Part shown: positions 9,878 to 17,111 of the stretch, one piece after another | How positions within the stretch are numbered: the first letter of the stretch is position 1 | How the letters are laid out: each line of letters begins with the position of its first letter | Virus record (IMG/VR): IMGVR_UViG_2667527737_000002 | Reading direction: 5' to 3' (one strand) | From: an uncultured virus (IMG/VR IMGVR_UViG_2667527737_000002) | Lineage: Duplodnaviria; Heunggongvirae; Uroviricota; Caudoviricetes | DNA length: 20,000 nucleotides | The notes under the pieces: model-generated | Told to the model about the DNA's origin: nothing | Seen by the model: only the letters and a program-made list of their open reading frames with translations | Databases searched by the model: none | Made by a program: the position numbers and the translations under genes

Positions 9878-10426
9878 ATGCTGATTGGCTATGCACGGGT
9901 CTCTACAGGGGATCAAAACCTCGATTTACAGAAAAACGCGCTGATCCGCGCAGAATGTGAGCTGGTTTTTGAAGACACGGCCAGTGGGAAGAATGCCAGG
10001 CGGCCAGGGCTAAAACGCGCGATGCGACGACTCCGATCGGGGGACGTGCTGGTGGTGTGGAAGCTGGACAGGCTGGGCCGCAGCGTGCGCGATCTGATTA
10101 CGCTCGTGTCGGAGCTACAGGCGCGCGGGGTGAATTTCCGCAGCCTAACCGACAGCATCGATACCAGTACTCCAGCAGGCCGCTTTTTTTTCCACGTCAT
10201 GAGCGCCCTGGCGGAAATGGAGCGCGAGCTGATCGTCGAGCGTACCCGAGCGGGGTTAGCCGCAGCGAGAGAGCAGGGGAGAGTAGGCGGGCGCCGCCGG
10301 GTAATGACCACTGAGGTTGTGGAGCGGTGTCGCAGAATGCTGGAGAACGGCGCTACCCGGCAGCAGGTAGCAGATGTCATCGGGGTAGGAGTGAAGACTA
10401 TTTATAAATATTTTCCTGCCCAATAA
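9878..10426 (+). CDS. pin: Serine recombinase, DNA invertase of the Pin/Gin/Hin family
   Basis: 'MLIGYARVST' catalytic Ser motif, 'GDVLVVWKLDRLGRS', 'ERT.AGL.AAR..GR.GGR', C-terminal HTH ending 'TIYKYFPA'. Confidence 0.95.
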   Translation: MLIGYARVSTGDQNLDLQKNALIRAECELVFEDTASGKNARRPGLKRAMRRLRSGDVLVVWKLDRLGRSVRDLITLVSELQARGVNFRSLTDSIDTSTPAGRFFFHVMSALAEMERELIVERTRAGLAAAREQGRVGGRRRVMTTEVVERCRRMLENGATRQQVADVIGVGVKTIYKYFPAQ

Positions 10427-10515
10427 AGCGGTCCACCGGCGAGTTGGTTGCGGTGTTTGACGGTGATTAACGGGCTTTCTTATACGAAATATGCTTAAGA
10501 CACTCATCTTTTAAT

Positions 10516-10543
10516 GTGACATTAAGCGGTGGTGGTATAGAAT
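10516..10543 (+). promoter_or_regulatory. Possible sigma70 promoter of the TM/Nudix moron
   Basis: GTGACA-N16-TAGAAT about 40 bp upstream of the ATG; the -35 lies within the palindrome TTAATGT-G-ACATTAA (10511-10525). Confidence 0.35.
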
Positions 10544-10584
10544 TATCTAAACTGGACATAACATGTTAATAAATAGGGGGTTTG

Positions 10585-11202
10585 ATGTCAGTCTCTAAAG
10601 ATTTCCTGCTTTCGGTATATGAGCGGTGCAATGAACATTTGAAAGAACAATCGACCAAGCGTGATCAGGCAATAGCTTTTTATTTGGTTGTTATATCGTT
10701 TTATTTCGGCTCATACTCAGCAATTAGCAAGTTATTGGTAAGTCCGTACTCCCCTATTTTTTTTAATGTGGTTATATGTCTGATTAGTGGTATGACAATC
10801 AGAACGTTGTCTGGTTTACGTTCATGGCATATGCAATATGCCAACTCGGCGTTAGCGCTTAATAAAGTGATATCGAAAAACATCTTTGAATTAGATGCTC
10901 TTAATTTAGAGATTAAGTCTTTCTTCGATAAGAAAGAAAAGGAATATCATGAAATGTCGCTTGCTAAAATGTTCTCTGGTATTGAAAATCGAGTCATTCT
11001 TGGGATGACTCTTATTTCCGGGTTTCCGGTTGTGATGTTAGTTAAAGAGGTTATGTCTTTACTCAAAGTAAGTAATAAAGAAATCATAGTGTTAGTTGAG
11101 TGCGCGTTTTACCTGGCATATGTTGTATATTATTTCTACAATACTATAATGATAATTCGCGAGTCAGCAAATCATAAAACTTGGATTGTAAATTTTGAAT
11201 AA
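10585..11202 (+). CDS. Hypothetical membrane protein, ~4 TM segments
   Basis: AT-rich ORF with AGGGGG RBS and ATG at 10585. Hydrophobic stretches 'AIAFYLVVISFYFG', 'IFFNVVICLISG', 'VILGMTLISGFPVVMLV', 'IIVLVECAFYLAYVVYYF'. Confidence 0.75.
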   Translation: MSVSKDFLLSVYERCNEHLKEQSTKRDQAIAFYLVVISFYFGSYSAISKLLVSPYSPIFFNVVICLISGMTIRTLSGLRSWHMQYANSALALNKVISKNIFELDALNLEIKSFFDKKEKEYHEMSLAKMFSGIENRVILGMTLISGFPVVMLVKEVMSLLKVSNKEIIVLVECAFYLAYVVYYFYNTIMIIRESANHKTWIVNFE

Positions 11203-11674
11203 GATTATTGTTGAAAATCAATACGTGACGGTGTTTTTTAATGACTCCGGGCACTTGCGCATAAGCCAAAAGCATGGAGGTGTTGTTGTTATTCCTGAGT
11301 GTAATGGAAAGTACGCATTAATTCAACATTCAAGAAATGGTGTTGTGCTTATTGAGTTTCCAAGAGGGTTTATTGAAAATGGTGAATCTCATATAGATGG
11401 TGCTGAACGCGAACTTAGAGAAGAATTGAATCTCGTTTCGGTCAATAGCTATTTATTAGGTGAATTGGTTACTGATTCAGGATTGATTACTGACAATGTT
11501 CGGGCTGTTATTTGTGAAGTGAAAGATACATCTCAGTTATTATTGCAATCAAGCGAGGGTGTTATAGGTTGTGATTATTATACTTATGATGAAGTTATTG
11601 AACTTGTAAAGAATGGGAAGGTTAAAGATAATTTCACCTTGGCCTCATTAATGCTATTACAGGCTAACAGGTAA
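11195..11674 (+). CDS. Nudix hydrolase (ADP-ribose pyrophosphatase-like)
   Basis: Nudix box G-x5-E-x7-RELxEE ('GFIENGESHIDGAERELREELNL'); 'EFPRG', 'TDSG' and 'GKVKDNFT' resemble NudF/NudE-type enzymes. TTG start overlaps the upstream gene by 8 nt. Confidence 0.85.
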   Translation: MNKIIVENQYVTVFFNDSGHLRISQKHGGVVVIPECNGKYALIQHSRNGVVLIEFPRGFIENGESHIDGAERELREELNLVSVNSYLLGELVTDSGLITDNVRAVICEVKDTSQLLLQSSEGVIGCDYYTYDEVIELVKNGKVKDNFTLASLMLLQANR

Positions 11675-11902
11675 TGTTTCACAGGCAACCCTATGGCCGT
11701 TTAATTTGTTGAACGTTTCAGCGACCGTATACAAAAACTCGTCAAGAGCTGTTTACTATGGAGTCAGTGTTATAGGTATGGGGGCATAATGCTGGATTTG
11801 CACTGCTCGCACAACCGTCAAACAGTTCAGTATAGAAAACGCTCGTTACTCATTACATCAATGTGTTACGTCAATGGCGTAAATTGATAGTCAGAGCCTA
11901 TA

Positions 11903-11944
11903 TTGATATGTCGCCCTGTTAAAACTACTGTATATAAAAACAGT
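11903..11944 (+). promoter_or_regulatory. umuDC SOS promoter with LexA box
   Basis: TTGATA (11903-11908)-N17-TACTGT (11926-11931). LexA box CTGT-ATATAAAA-ACAG at 11928-11943 matches the CTGT-N8-ACAG consensus. Confidence 0.9.
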
Positions 11945-13854
11945 GTGCGCCGGGAGACCGGTTAGAGATCAAGGGGTGAAAGTCCCCGACCATTGAAGGA
12001 CCAGCAATCCACAAGGTCCCCGAGTCATGCGTTGCATACCGCGAGGTATGGGGCGAAGCGTTGACAGGGGTGTTGACAGGCCAGCCATTGAGCCACGAAA
12101 TGTATATTAAATTACCGGGTGCCGACGTTGTACTGTTAACGGAAGGCAACATCATAGGGTGCGATACTGCGAGTGCCACATGGACCCGGCGGGGTCTGAG
12201 ACCCTGGCATGTCAATACGATCTCTACGCGGGAACCGGGAGATCTCCCCTCTGACCATCTGCCAGTGTCGGAGATGGCCCGCACCGGGAAGACGAGGAGT
12301 CATAGCCGGTGATGTACGGAGAGGAGAAGTCGGACTCGCTCATAGTAGCGGCGAAGCAGGCGAACAACCCGAAAGGAGCGGAGTCAGTGGAGCGAAGGAG
12401 CGGGGCCAAGGGGAACGCGGAACAGCCACACATGCGCCGGACACAGAGCCGGGAAAGCATGTCACAGAGGCTGTCACGCGTGCGGGAAGCTGCGAAGCAG
12501 CGGAAGAAAGAACGGTTTACAGCATTGTTCCACCTGCTGACAGTCGAAGCACTGGAAGCCGCATTCCTCTCCCTGAGCAGGAAAGCGGCCGCCGGAGTGG
12601 ATGGCATCAGGTGGATGGACTACGCCGGAAACATGAAGAACAACATAACAGATCTGCACCGGAGGCTACATCAGGGCAGCTACAGGGCGCAGCCCGGCAG
12701 GCGTCACTACATCCCAAAAGCGGATGGAAAACAACGCCCGCTCGGCATCGCCTCGCTGGAGGACAAGATCGTCCAGTATGCGCTGGTGAAAATCCTGAAC
12801 GCAGTCTATGAAAACGACTTTATGGGGTTCTCATACGGGTTCAGACCCGGGCGAAGCCAGCACGATGCACTGGACGCACTGGCCACAGGGCTGGTACGCA
12901 CTAACGTAAACTGGGTACTGGATGCCGACATCAGTCAGTTCTTCGACAGGGTGAGCCACGAATGGCTGATCAGGTTCACAGAGCATCGGATCGGCGACCG
13001 GAGGGTAATCAGGCTCATACGTAAGTGGCTCACAGCCGGGACGTCGGAGGAGGGTCAATGGCGAGCAACGGAGGAAGGCACCCCACAGGGTGCGGTCATC
13101 TCACCGCTGCTGGCAAACATATACCTCCACTACGTCTTCGATCTGTGGGCGCATCAGTGGCGACGTCGCTATGCCACAGGCAATGTGGTAATGGTCAGAT
13201 ACGCCGATGACATCGTCATCGGGTTCGACAAACGATACGATGCCCGGCGCTTCCGTATAGCCATGCAGCGCAGACTGAGGGAGTTCGGACTCACGGTTCA
13301 CCCGGAGAAAACCCGTCTGATGGAGTTCGGCCGCTTCGCTGCCGAAAACCGTGCCATCAGGGGAAAAGGCAAACCAGAAACGTTCAACTTCCTCGGGTTC
13401 ACGCACATCAGCGGGAAAGATCGCAACGGCAGGTTCATGCTGATACGAAAGACCCGCCGGGATCGGATGACGGCAACTCTGAAAGCCATCAAAGACGGTC
13501 TGCGAAGGCGCTGGCATTACTCAATCCCCGAACAGGGAAAATGGCTCAGGAGAGTGGTTCAGGGATACCTGAACTATCACTCGGTACCGGGCAACTTCCC
13601 CACCATGCAGAAGTTCAGGACACACGTAACAAACCTCTGGCGCCGGGCGCTCAGGCGCAGGAGCCAGAAGGATGATACGACCTGGACGAAAGCAAACAAA
13701 CTGGCAGCCGCATGGCTACCAAGGGTTCGGGTTCTTCATCCATGGCCTGTGGAGCGGTTCACCGCCAGACACCCGAGGCAGGAGCCCGGTGCGTAAATCG
13801 CGCACGCCGGGATCTGTGCGGGGGGTATCCGGTAACGGGTATCCCTACCGCGAC
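11945..13854 (+). mobile_element. Group II intron, full length (1910 nt)
   Basis: 5' end GTGCG at 11945; domain V 'GAGCCCGGTGCGTAAATCGCGCACGCCGGGATC' (~13782-13814, AGC triad, AC bulge); domain VI hairpin ending ...CCCTACCGCGAC at 13854. Removal restores TACTGTATATAAAAACAGT|ATTAAT upstream of umuD. Confidence 0.95.
12309..13796 (+). CDS. ltrA: Group II intron reverse transcriptase/maturase without endonuclease domain
   Basis: RT motifs '[14 protein letters not shown]', 'SYGFRPGRS', '[14 protein letters not shown]', 'RYADD', 'FNFLGF'; maturase X domain 'GYLNYH'; no HNH domain. Stop codon lies within domain V. Exact start uncertain. Confidence 0.95.
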   Translation: MMYGEEKSDSLIVAAKQANNPKGAESVERRSGAKGNAEQPHMRRTQSRESMSQRLSRVREAAKQRKKERFTALFHLLTVEALEAAFLSLSRKAAAGVDGIRWMDYAGNMKNNITDLHRRLHQGSYRAQPGRRHYIPKADGKQRPLGIASLEDKIVQYALVKILNAVYENDFMGFSYGFRPGRSQHDALDALATGLVRTNVNWVLDADISQFFDRVSHEWLIRFTEHRIGDRRVIRLIRKWLTAGTSEEGQWRATEEGTPQGAVISPLLANIYLHYVFDLWAHQWRRRYATGNVVMVRYADDIVIGFDKRYDARRFRIAMQRRLREFGLTVHPEKTRLMEFGRFAAENRAIRGKGKPETFNFLGFTHISGKDRNGRFMLIRKTRRDRMTATLKAIKDGLRRRWHYSIPEQGKWLRRVVQGYLNYHSVPGNFPTMQKFRTHVTNLWRRALRRRSQKDDTTWTKANKLAAAWLPRVRVLHPWPVERFTARHPRQEPGA

Positions 13855-13875
13855 ATTAATGTGAGCGAGACTATT

Positions 13876-14295
13876 ATGCAGTTCTACACGCCCGTTGAGT
13901 TACGTCAGATCATGCTGCTCCCGTTGTACAGCGACCTTGTGCAATGTGGTTTTCCAAGTCCTGCGCAGGATTACGTTGAGCAACGTATCGATCTGAACGA
14001 GTTGCTCGTTAACCACCCCAGTGCGACGTATTTTGTCAAAGCCGCCGGCGACAGCATGAAAGACGCCGGCATAGGGGAGGGTGATCTTCTGGTAGTGGAT
14101 AGCTCAAGGACAGCAGTTCATGGTGATATCGTTATTGCTGCTGTGGATGGGGAATTCACCGTTAAGAAGCTGCAGCTGCATCCGCGGGTTCAGCTTAACC
14201 CAATGAACCCTGCATATTCGCCAATAGTCGTCGGTAGTGAGGACACTCTCGACGTGTTCGGAGTGGTTACGTATATCATAAAATCAGCTGGCTAA
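13876..14295 (+). CDS. umuD: DNA polymerase V subunit UmuD
   Basis: 139 aa from the ATG at 13876; '[14 protein letters not shown]' cleavage site, 'GDSM' Ser and 'FTVKKL' Lys of the S24 peptidase dyad. Confidence 0.95.
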   Translation: MQFYTPVELRQIMLLPLYSDLVQCGFPSPAQDYVEQRIDLNELLVNHPSATYFVKAAGDSMKDAGIGEGDLLVVDSSRTAVHGDIVIAAVDGEFTVKKLQLHPRVQLNPMNPAYSPIVVGSEDTLDVFGVVTYIIKSAG

Positions 14296-14296
14296 G

Positions 14297-15562
14297 ATGT
14301 TTGCGCTTTGTGATGTGAATTCATTTTACGCATCGTGCGAGACCGTATTTCGTCCTGACCTGAAAGGGCGTCCGGTGGTTGTTCTGTCAAACAACGACGG
14401 CTGTGTGATCGCCCGCTCGCCGGAGGCGAAGCCTTTCGTCAAAATGGGTGAGCCTTATTTCAAGCAAAAGGACATGTTTCGCCGGCACGGTATTATCGCG
14501 TTTAGCAGCAACTATGAGCTTTATGCCGATATGTCCAACCGAGTGATGACAACGCTGGAGGAACTGTCTCCACGCTGCGAAATTTACAGTATTGATGAGG
14601 CATTTTGCGATCTGACAGGTGTTCGTAATTGTCGCGACCTTACCGACTTTGGCCGGGAAATTCGCGAGACGGTTCTGCGCAGGACGCACCTCACGGTCGG
14701 TGTCGGCATAGCCCAGACTAAAACCCTGGCAAAGCTGGCCAATCACGCGGCGAAACAGTGGCAGCGGCAGACCGGAGGAGTGGTGGATCTATCTAATCAG
14801 GAACGGCAAAGGAAGTTGATGGCTTTGCTTCCGGTGGATGAAGTCTGGGGGGTCGGGCGCCGCATCAGTAAAAAACTGGAGGCAATGGGCATTAAAACAG
14901 TGCTTCAACTGGCGGATACCGATATCCGTTTTATCCGGAAGCATTTTAATGTGGTTCTGGAGCGAACAGTGCGGGAGCTGCGCGGCGAGCCATGCCTCGG
15001 GCTTGAGGAGTTCGCACCGTTAAAGCAGGAAATCGTTTGCAGCCGTTCGTTCGGCGGTCGTATCACGGAATACCATGAGATGAGGCAGGCAATATGCAGC
15101 TATGCGTCGCGCGCAGCGGAGAAACTCCGTGGCGAGCATCAGTATTGTCGGTTCATCTCAGCGTTCGTTAAAACCAGTCCCTTTACGCTTAACGAGCCAT
15201 ACTACGGAAACAGCGCATCATTAAAGCTGCTAACGCCAACCCAGGACAGCAGGGACATAATCACCGCGGCGACGAAATGCCTCGATGTAATCTGGCGAGA
15301 CGGACATCGCTATCAGAAAGCAGGTGTGATGCTGGGGGATTTCTACAGTCAGGGCGTGGCACAGCTCAACCTGTTTGACGATAACGCACCGCGGAAAAAT
15401 AGCGGAAAACTGATGGAGGTCCTGGATCATCTGAATGCCAAAAATGGGAGAGGGGCGCTGTACTTTGCCGGCCAAGGAATCCAGACCGCCTGGCAGATGA
15501 AACGAGAAATGCTATCCCCGCGCTATACTACGAGGTTCTGTGATCTGCTCAAAGTTAGATGA
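14297..15562 (+). CDS. umuC: DNA polymerase V catalytic subunit UmuC
   Basis: 'MFALCDVNSFYASCE', 'VLSNNDGC', 'YSIDEAF', 'QLNLF' clamp motif, 'W.MKREMLSPRYTT'. Confidence 0.97.
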   Translation: MFALCDVNSFYASCETVFRPDLKGRPVVVLSNNDGCVIARSPEAKPFVKMGEPYFKQKDMFRRHGIIAFSSNYELYADMSNRVMTTLEELSPRCEIYSIDEAFCDLTGVRNCRDLTDFGREIRETVLRRTHLTVGVGIAQTKTLAKLANHAAKQWQRQTGGVVDLSNQERQRKLMALLPVDEVWGVGRRISKKLEAMGIKTVLQLADTDIRFIRKHFNVVLERTVRELRGEPCLGLEEFAPLKQEIVCSRSFGGRITEYHEMRQAICSYASRAAEKLRGEHQYCRFISAFVKTSPFTLNEPYYGNSASLKLLTPTQDSRDIITAATKCLDVIWRDGHRYQKAGVMLGDFYSQGVAQLNLFDDNAPRKNSGKLMEVLDHLNAKNGRGALYFAGQGIQTAWQMKREMLSPRYTTRFCDLLKVR

Positions 15563-15596
15563 TTCGACTATTAACGGTAGTGGTCATGCTGCTACT

Positions 15597-15626
15597 GCGG
15601 TCCGCTTAGAGTGAGAAGCGGACATC
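15597..15626 (-). repeat. Palindromic site S1 (putative tyrosine recombinase site)
   Basis: Minus strand GATGTCCGCTT-CTCACTCT-AAGCGGACCGC; 8-bp perfect stem; related to S2-S5. Confidence 0.7.
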
Positions 15627-15717
15627 GTGACTCGAACAGGATTCATGCTAAGATAAGGCTTTGATGAAAAGGCATTTAATTGCTAGAAGTTGGCGAAAAC
15701 AATGAAAGGGATACGTA

Positions 15718-15978
15718 ATGTTTACCCCAGAGTTTATAAATGAAGAACGCGGCGAATTTCTCCTTGTGGCCAACCACGCTCTGGCATCACCGGAATCGAT
15801 AAAACTCAGTATTGCATACAATTTTGCCAGAATATGCTGGGGGCTATCGCAGCTTCCACCGCACATTCAAACTTGCCGGGTCGTCTATGACATCAGAGGG
15901 CAATCCATCCCTGATCAGGTTCAGGCCCAGATCAGGCAAGCACTTGAGCAGATAGCCATGGTGGAGTTTAAGAGCTGA
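15718..15978 (+). CDS. Small hypothetical protein, possibly degenerate restriction-endonuclease-fold
   Basis: 86 aa with AAGGGA RBS; 'LP....RVVYDIRGQ' recalls the C-terminal motif of some REase-fold polymorphic toxin domains; TGATG overlap with next gene. Confidence 0.6.
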   Translation: MFTPEFINEERGEFLLVANHALASPESIKLSIAYNFARICWGLSQLPPHIQTCRVVYDIRGQSIPDQVQAQIRQALEQIAMVEFKS

Positions 15979-16214
15979 TGGGACTTCAGTTAATTATCAA
16001 AGCAGAACGTAACAAGATAGAAAAAGCATTGGGATCGCTGACACCAGAGTGTGAAATATTCCCGGTCGCTGAAGGCCTTTTCGGTATTTCCATTCCGGAA
16101 CGAAGTCTCTCATCCGCGGGTGAATCTGCAGTTCTAAAAAAACTTGAACCACTCACACGTTTTGACCTATGGCAGGGAGCCTGGCAAGAACCCAGGCGAC
16201 GTTGGTTTTGGTGA
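15978..16214 (+). CDS. Small hypothetical protein
   Basis: 78 aa, translationally coupled (TGATG) with GGAG upstream; Trp-rich C-terminus 'DLWQGAWQEPRRRWFW'. Confidence 0.6.
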   Translation: MGLQLIIKAERNKIEKALGSLTPECEIFPVAEGLFGISIPERSLSSAGESAVLKKLEPLTRFDLWQGAWQEPRRRWFW

Positions 16215-16315
16215 GTTTCAGCGCTGAGTGAGATGGGGAAGTCGCATTGCGTGCTGGGCGCAGATCGCCTGTCTTCATTAGCAAAGCGGCTTAAGGCTCT
16301 CAGTACTCAGATATG

Positions 16316-16345
16316 AATGTCCGCTGCTGGCACAGGGCTGCTGTT
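16316..16345 (+). repeat. Palindromic site S2
   Basis: AATGTCCGCTG-CTGGCACA-GGGCTGCTGTT; left arm and spacer match S4, right arm degenerate; 15 bp from the recombinase stop codon. Confidence 0.65.
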
Positions 16346-16360
16346 GCAGCCCTGACAACC

Positions 16361-16963
16361 TTAGACTTCAATCGATTCAGAGATCTCTAACGCATCATCG
16401 ACTTCGATGCCCAGATAACGGACTGTGCTTTCCAGTTTCTTATGGACCAACAGAAGTTGGATCACCAGGAGATTCTTGGTTTTCTTGTATATCAGGTAAG
16501 GTTTTGTTCTTCTCATGGAATGTGTACTGTAAAGCGAAGCTTCGAGACCAAGCTTTTCTACCCACCCATGAAAAATTCGGCTGTATTGTCGGGTTGATAT
16601 GTGCCGGTTAGTTCCGATCCGAGACCGAAACAAGAAGTCTTTACTGTGCAAATTGCCAAGCTTTATCAACGCAGCAACAACTTCTCTTGTCCCTTTGGTT
16701 ATCTCGAATTGCACAGGGCTACCGGTTTTCTGTTGCAGCATCGTTGCTCTGCTTGAAACCGAACTACCATATGCAACATCAGATACTTTGAGGTTCATCA
16801 GATCACAGCCTCGTAGCTTACTGTCTAAGGCCATATTGAACAGAGCTAAATCACGCGTTTTACCTTCCAGTTCAAGCCGGATTCGGATCCCCCAGATATG
16901 AGATATCTGAAGTAGTTTTTTTTGGCCTATGATACGGTCTTTATTCCACGGTGACGTGTTCAT
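16361..16963 (-). CDS. Short tyrosine recombinase (catalytic domain only)
   Basis: 200 aa from the ATG at 16963 after GGAG. Catalytic set R ('KLRGCDL'), K ('QQKTG'), HxxR ('HSMRRT'), H ('LLVH'), Y ('TVRYLG'). Too short for an N-terminal core- or arm-binding domain. Confidence 0.9.
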   Translation of the reverse strand: MNTSPWNKDRIIGQKKLLQISHIWGIRIRLELEGKTRDLALFNMALDSKLRGCDLMNLKVSDVAYGSSVSSRATMLQQKTGSPVQFEITKGTREVVAALIKLGNLHSKDFLFRSRIGTNRHISTRQYSRIFHGWVEKLGLEASLYSTHSMRRTKPYLIYKKTKNLLVIQLLLVHKKLESTVRYLGIEVDDALEISESIEV

Positions 16964-16999
16964 ACTCAAATCTCCTGCAATATGGGAGATTTGAGTATG
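16961..16999 (-). promoter_or_regulatory. Perfect 15-bp hairpin covering the RBS and start codon of the recombinase
   Basis: CATACTCAAATCTCC (16961-16975) / GGAGATTTGAGTATG (16985-16999), 9-nt loop. Confidence 0.75.
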
Positions 17000-17029
17000 G
17001 TTGTCCCTTATGAGCGAAGAGCAGAAGTT
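17000..17029 (-). repeat. Palindromic site S3
   Basis: Minus strand AACTTCTGCTC-TTCGCTCA-TAAGGGACAAC; spacer resembles S1; directly abuts the leader hairpin. Confidence 0.65.
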
Positions 17030-17111
17030 CGAAGCGTCTCTAACCTAGATTGAATTCATTTTTTTTACAAATTTTATCAAAATCAATCTCTAAATATCAT
17101 CACACATGTTT

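Noticed and set aside
9913..10380. Antisense and alternate-frame ORFs over the invertase, TipJ, RT, umuC and SRAP genes
   Set aside because: Shadow ORFs of well-supported genes with no motifs or RBS.
11795..11825. 'CACTG-CTCGCACA' as a sixth site closing the TM/Nudix moron
   Set aside because: The spacer resembles the consensus but the arms are neither palindromic nor matching, and there is no convincing partner near 10430.
12061..12078. Two TTGACA hexamers inside the intron as an internal promoter
   Set aside because: No -10 element at 16-18 bp spacing; the sequence is explained by domain I structure.
12309..13796. RT as part of a retron, DGR or defence RT acting on the tail spikes
   Set aside because: Clear group II intron ends, domains V/VI and maturase domain; no TR/VR pair with adenine-specific mismatches seen.
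13672..13875. 68-aa N-terminal extension of UmuD in the ORF track (207 aa)
   Set aside because: The extension runs through intron domains V/VI and the RT stop. The ATG at 13876 gives a normal 139-aa UmuD.
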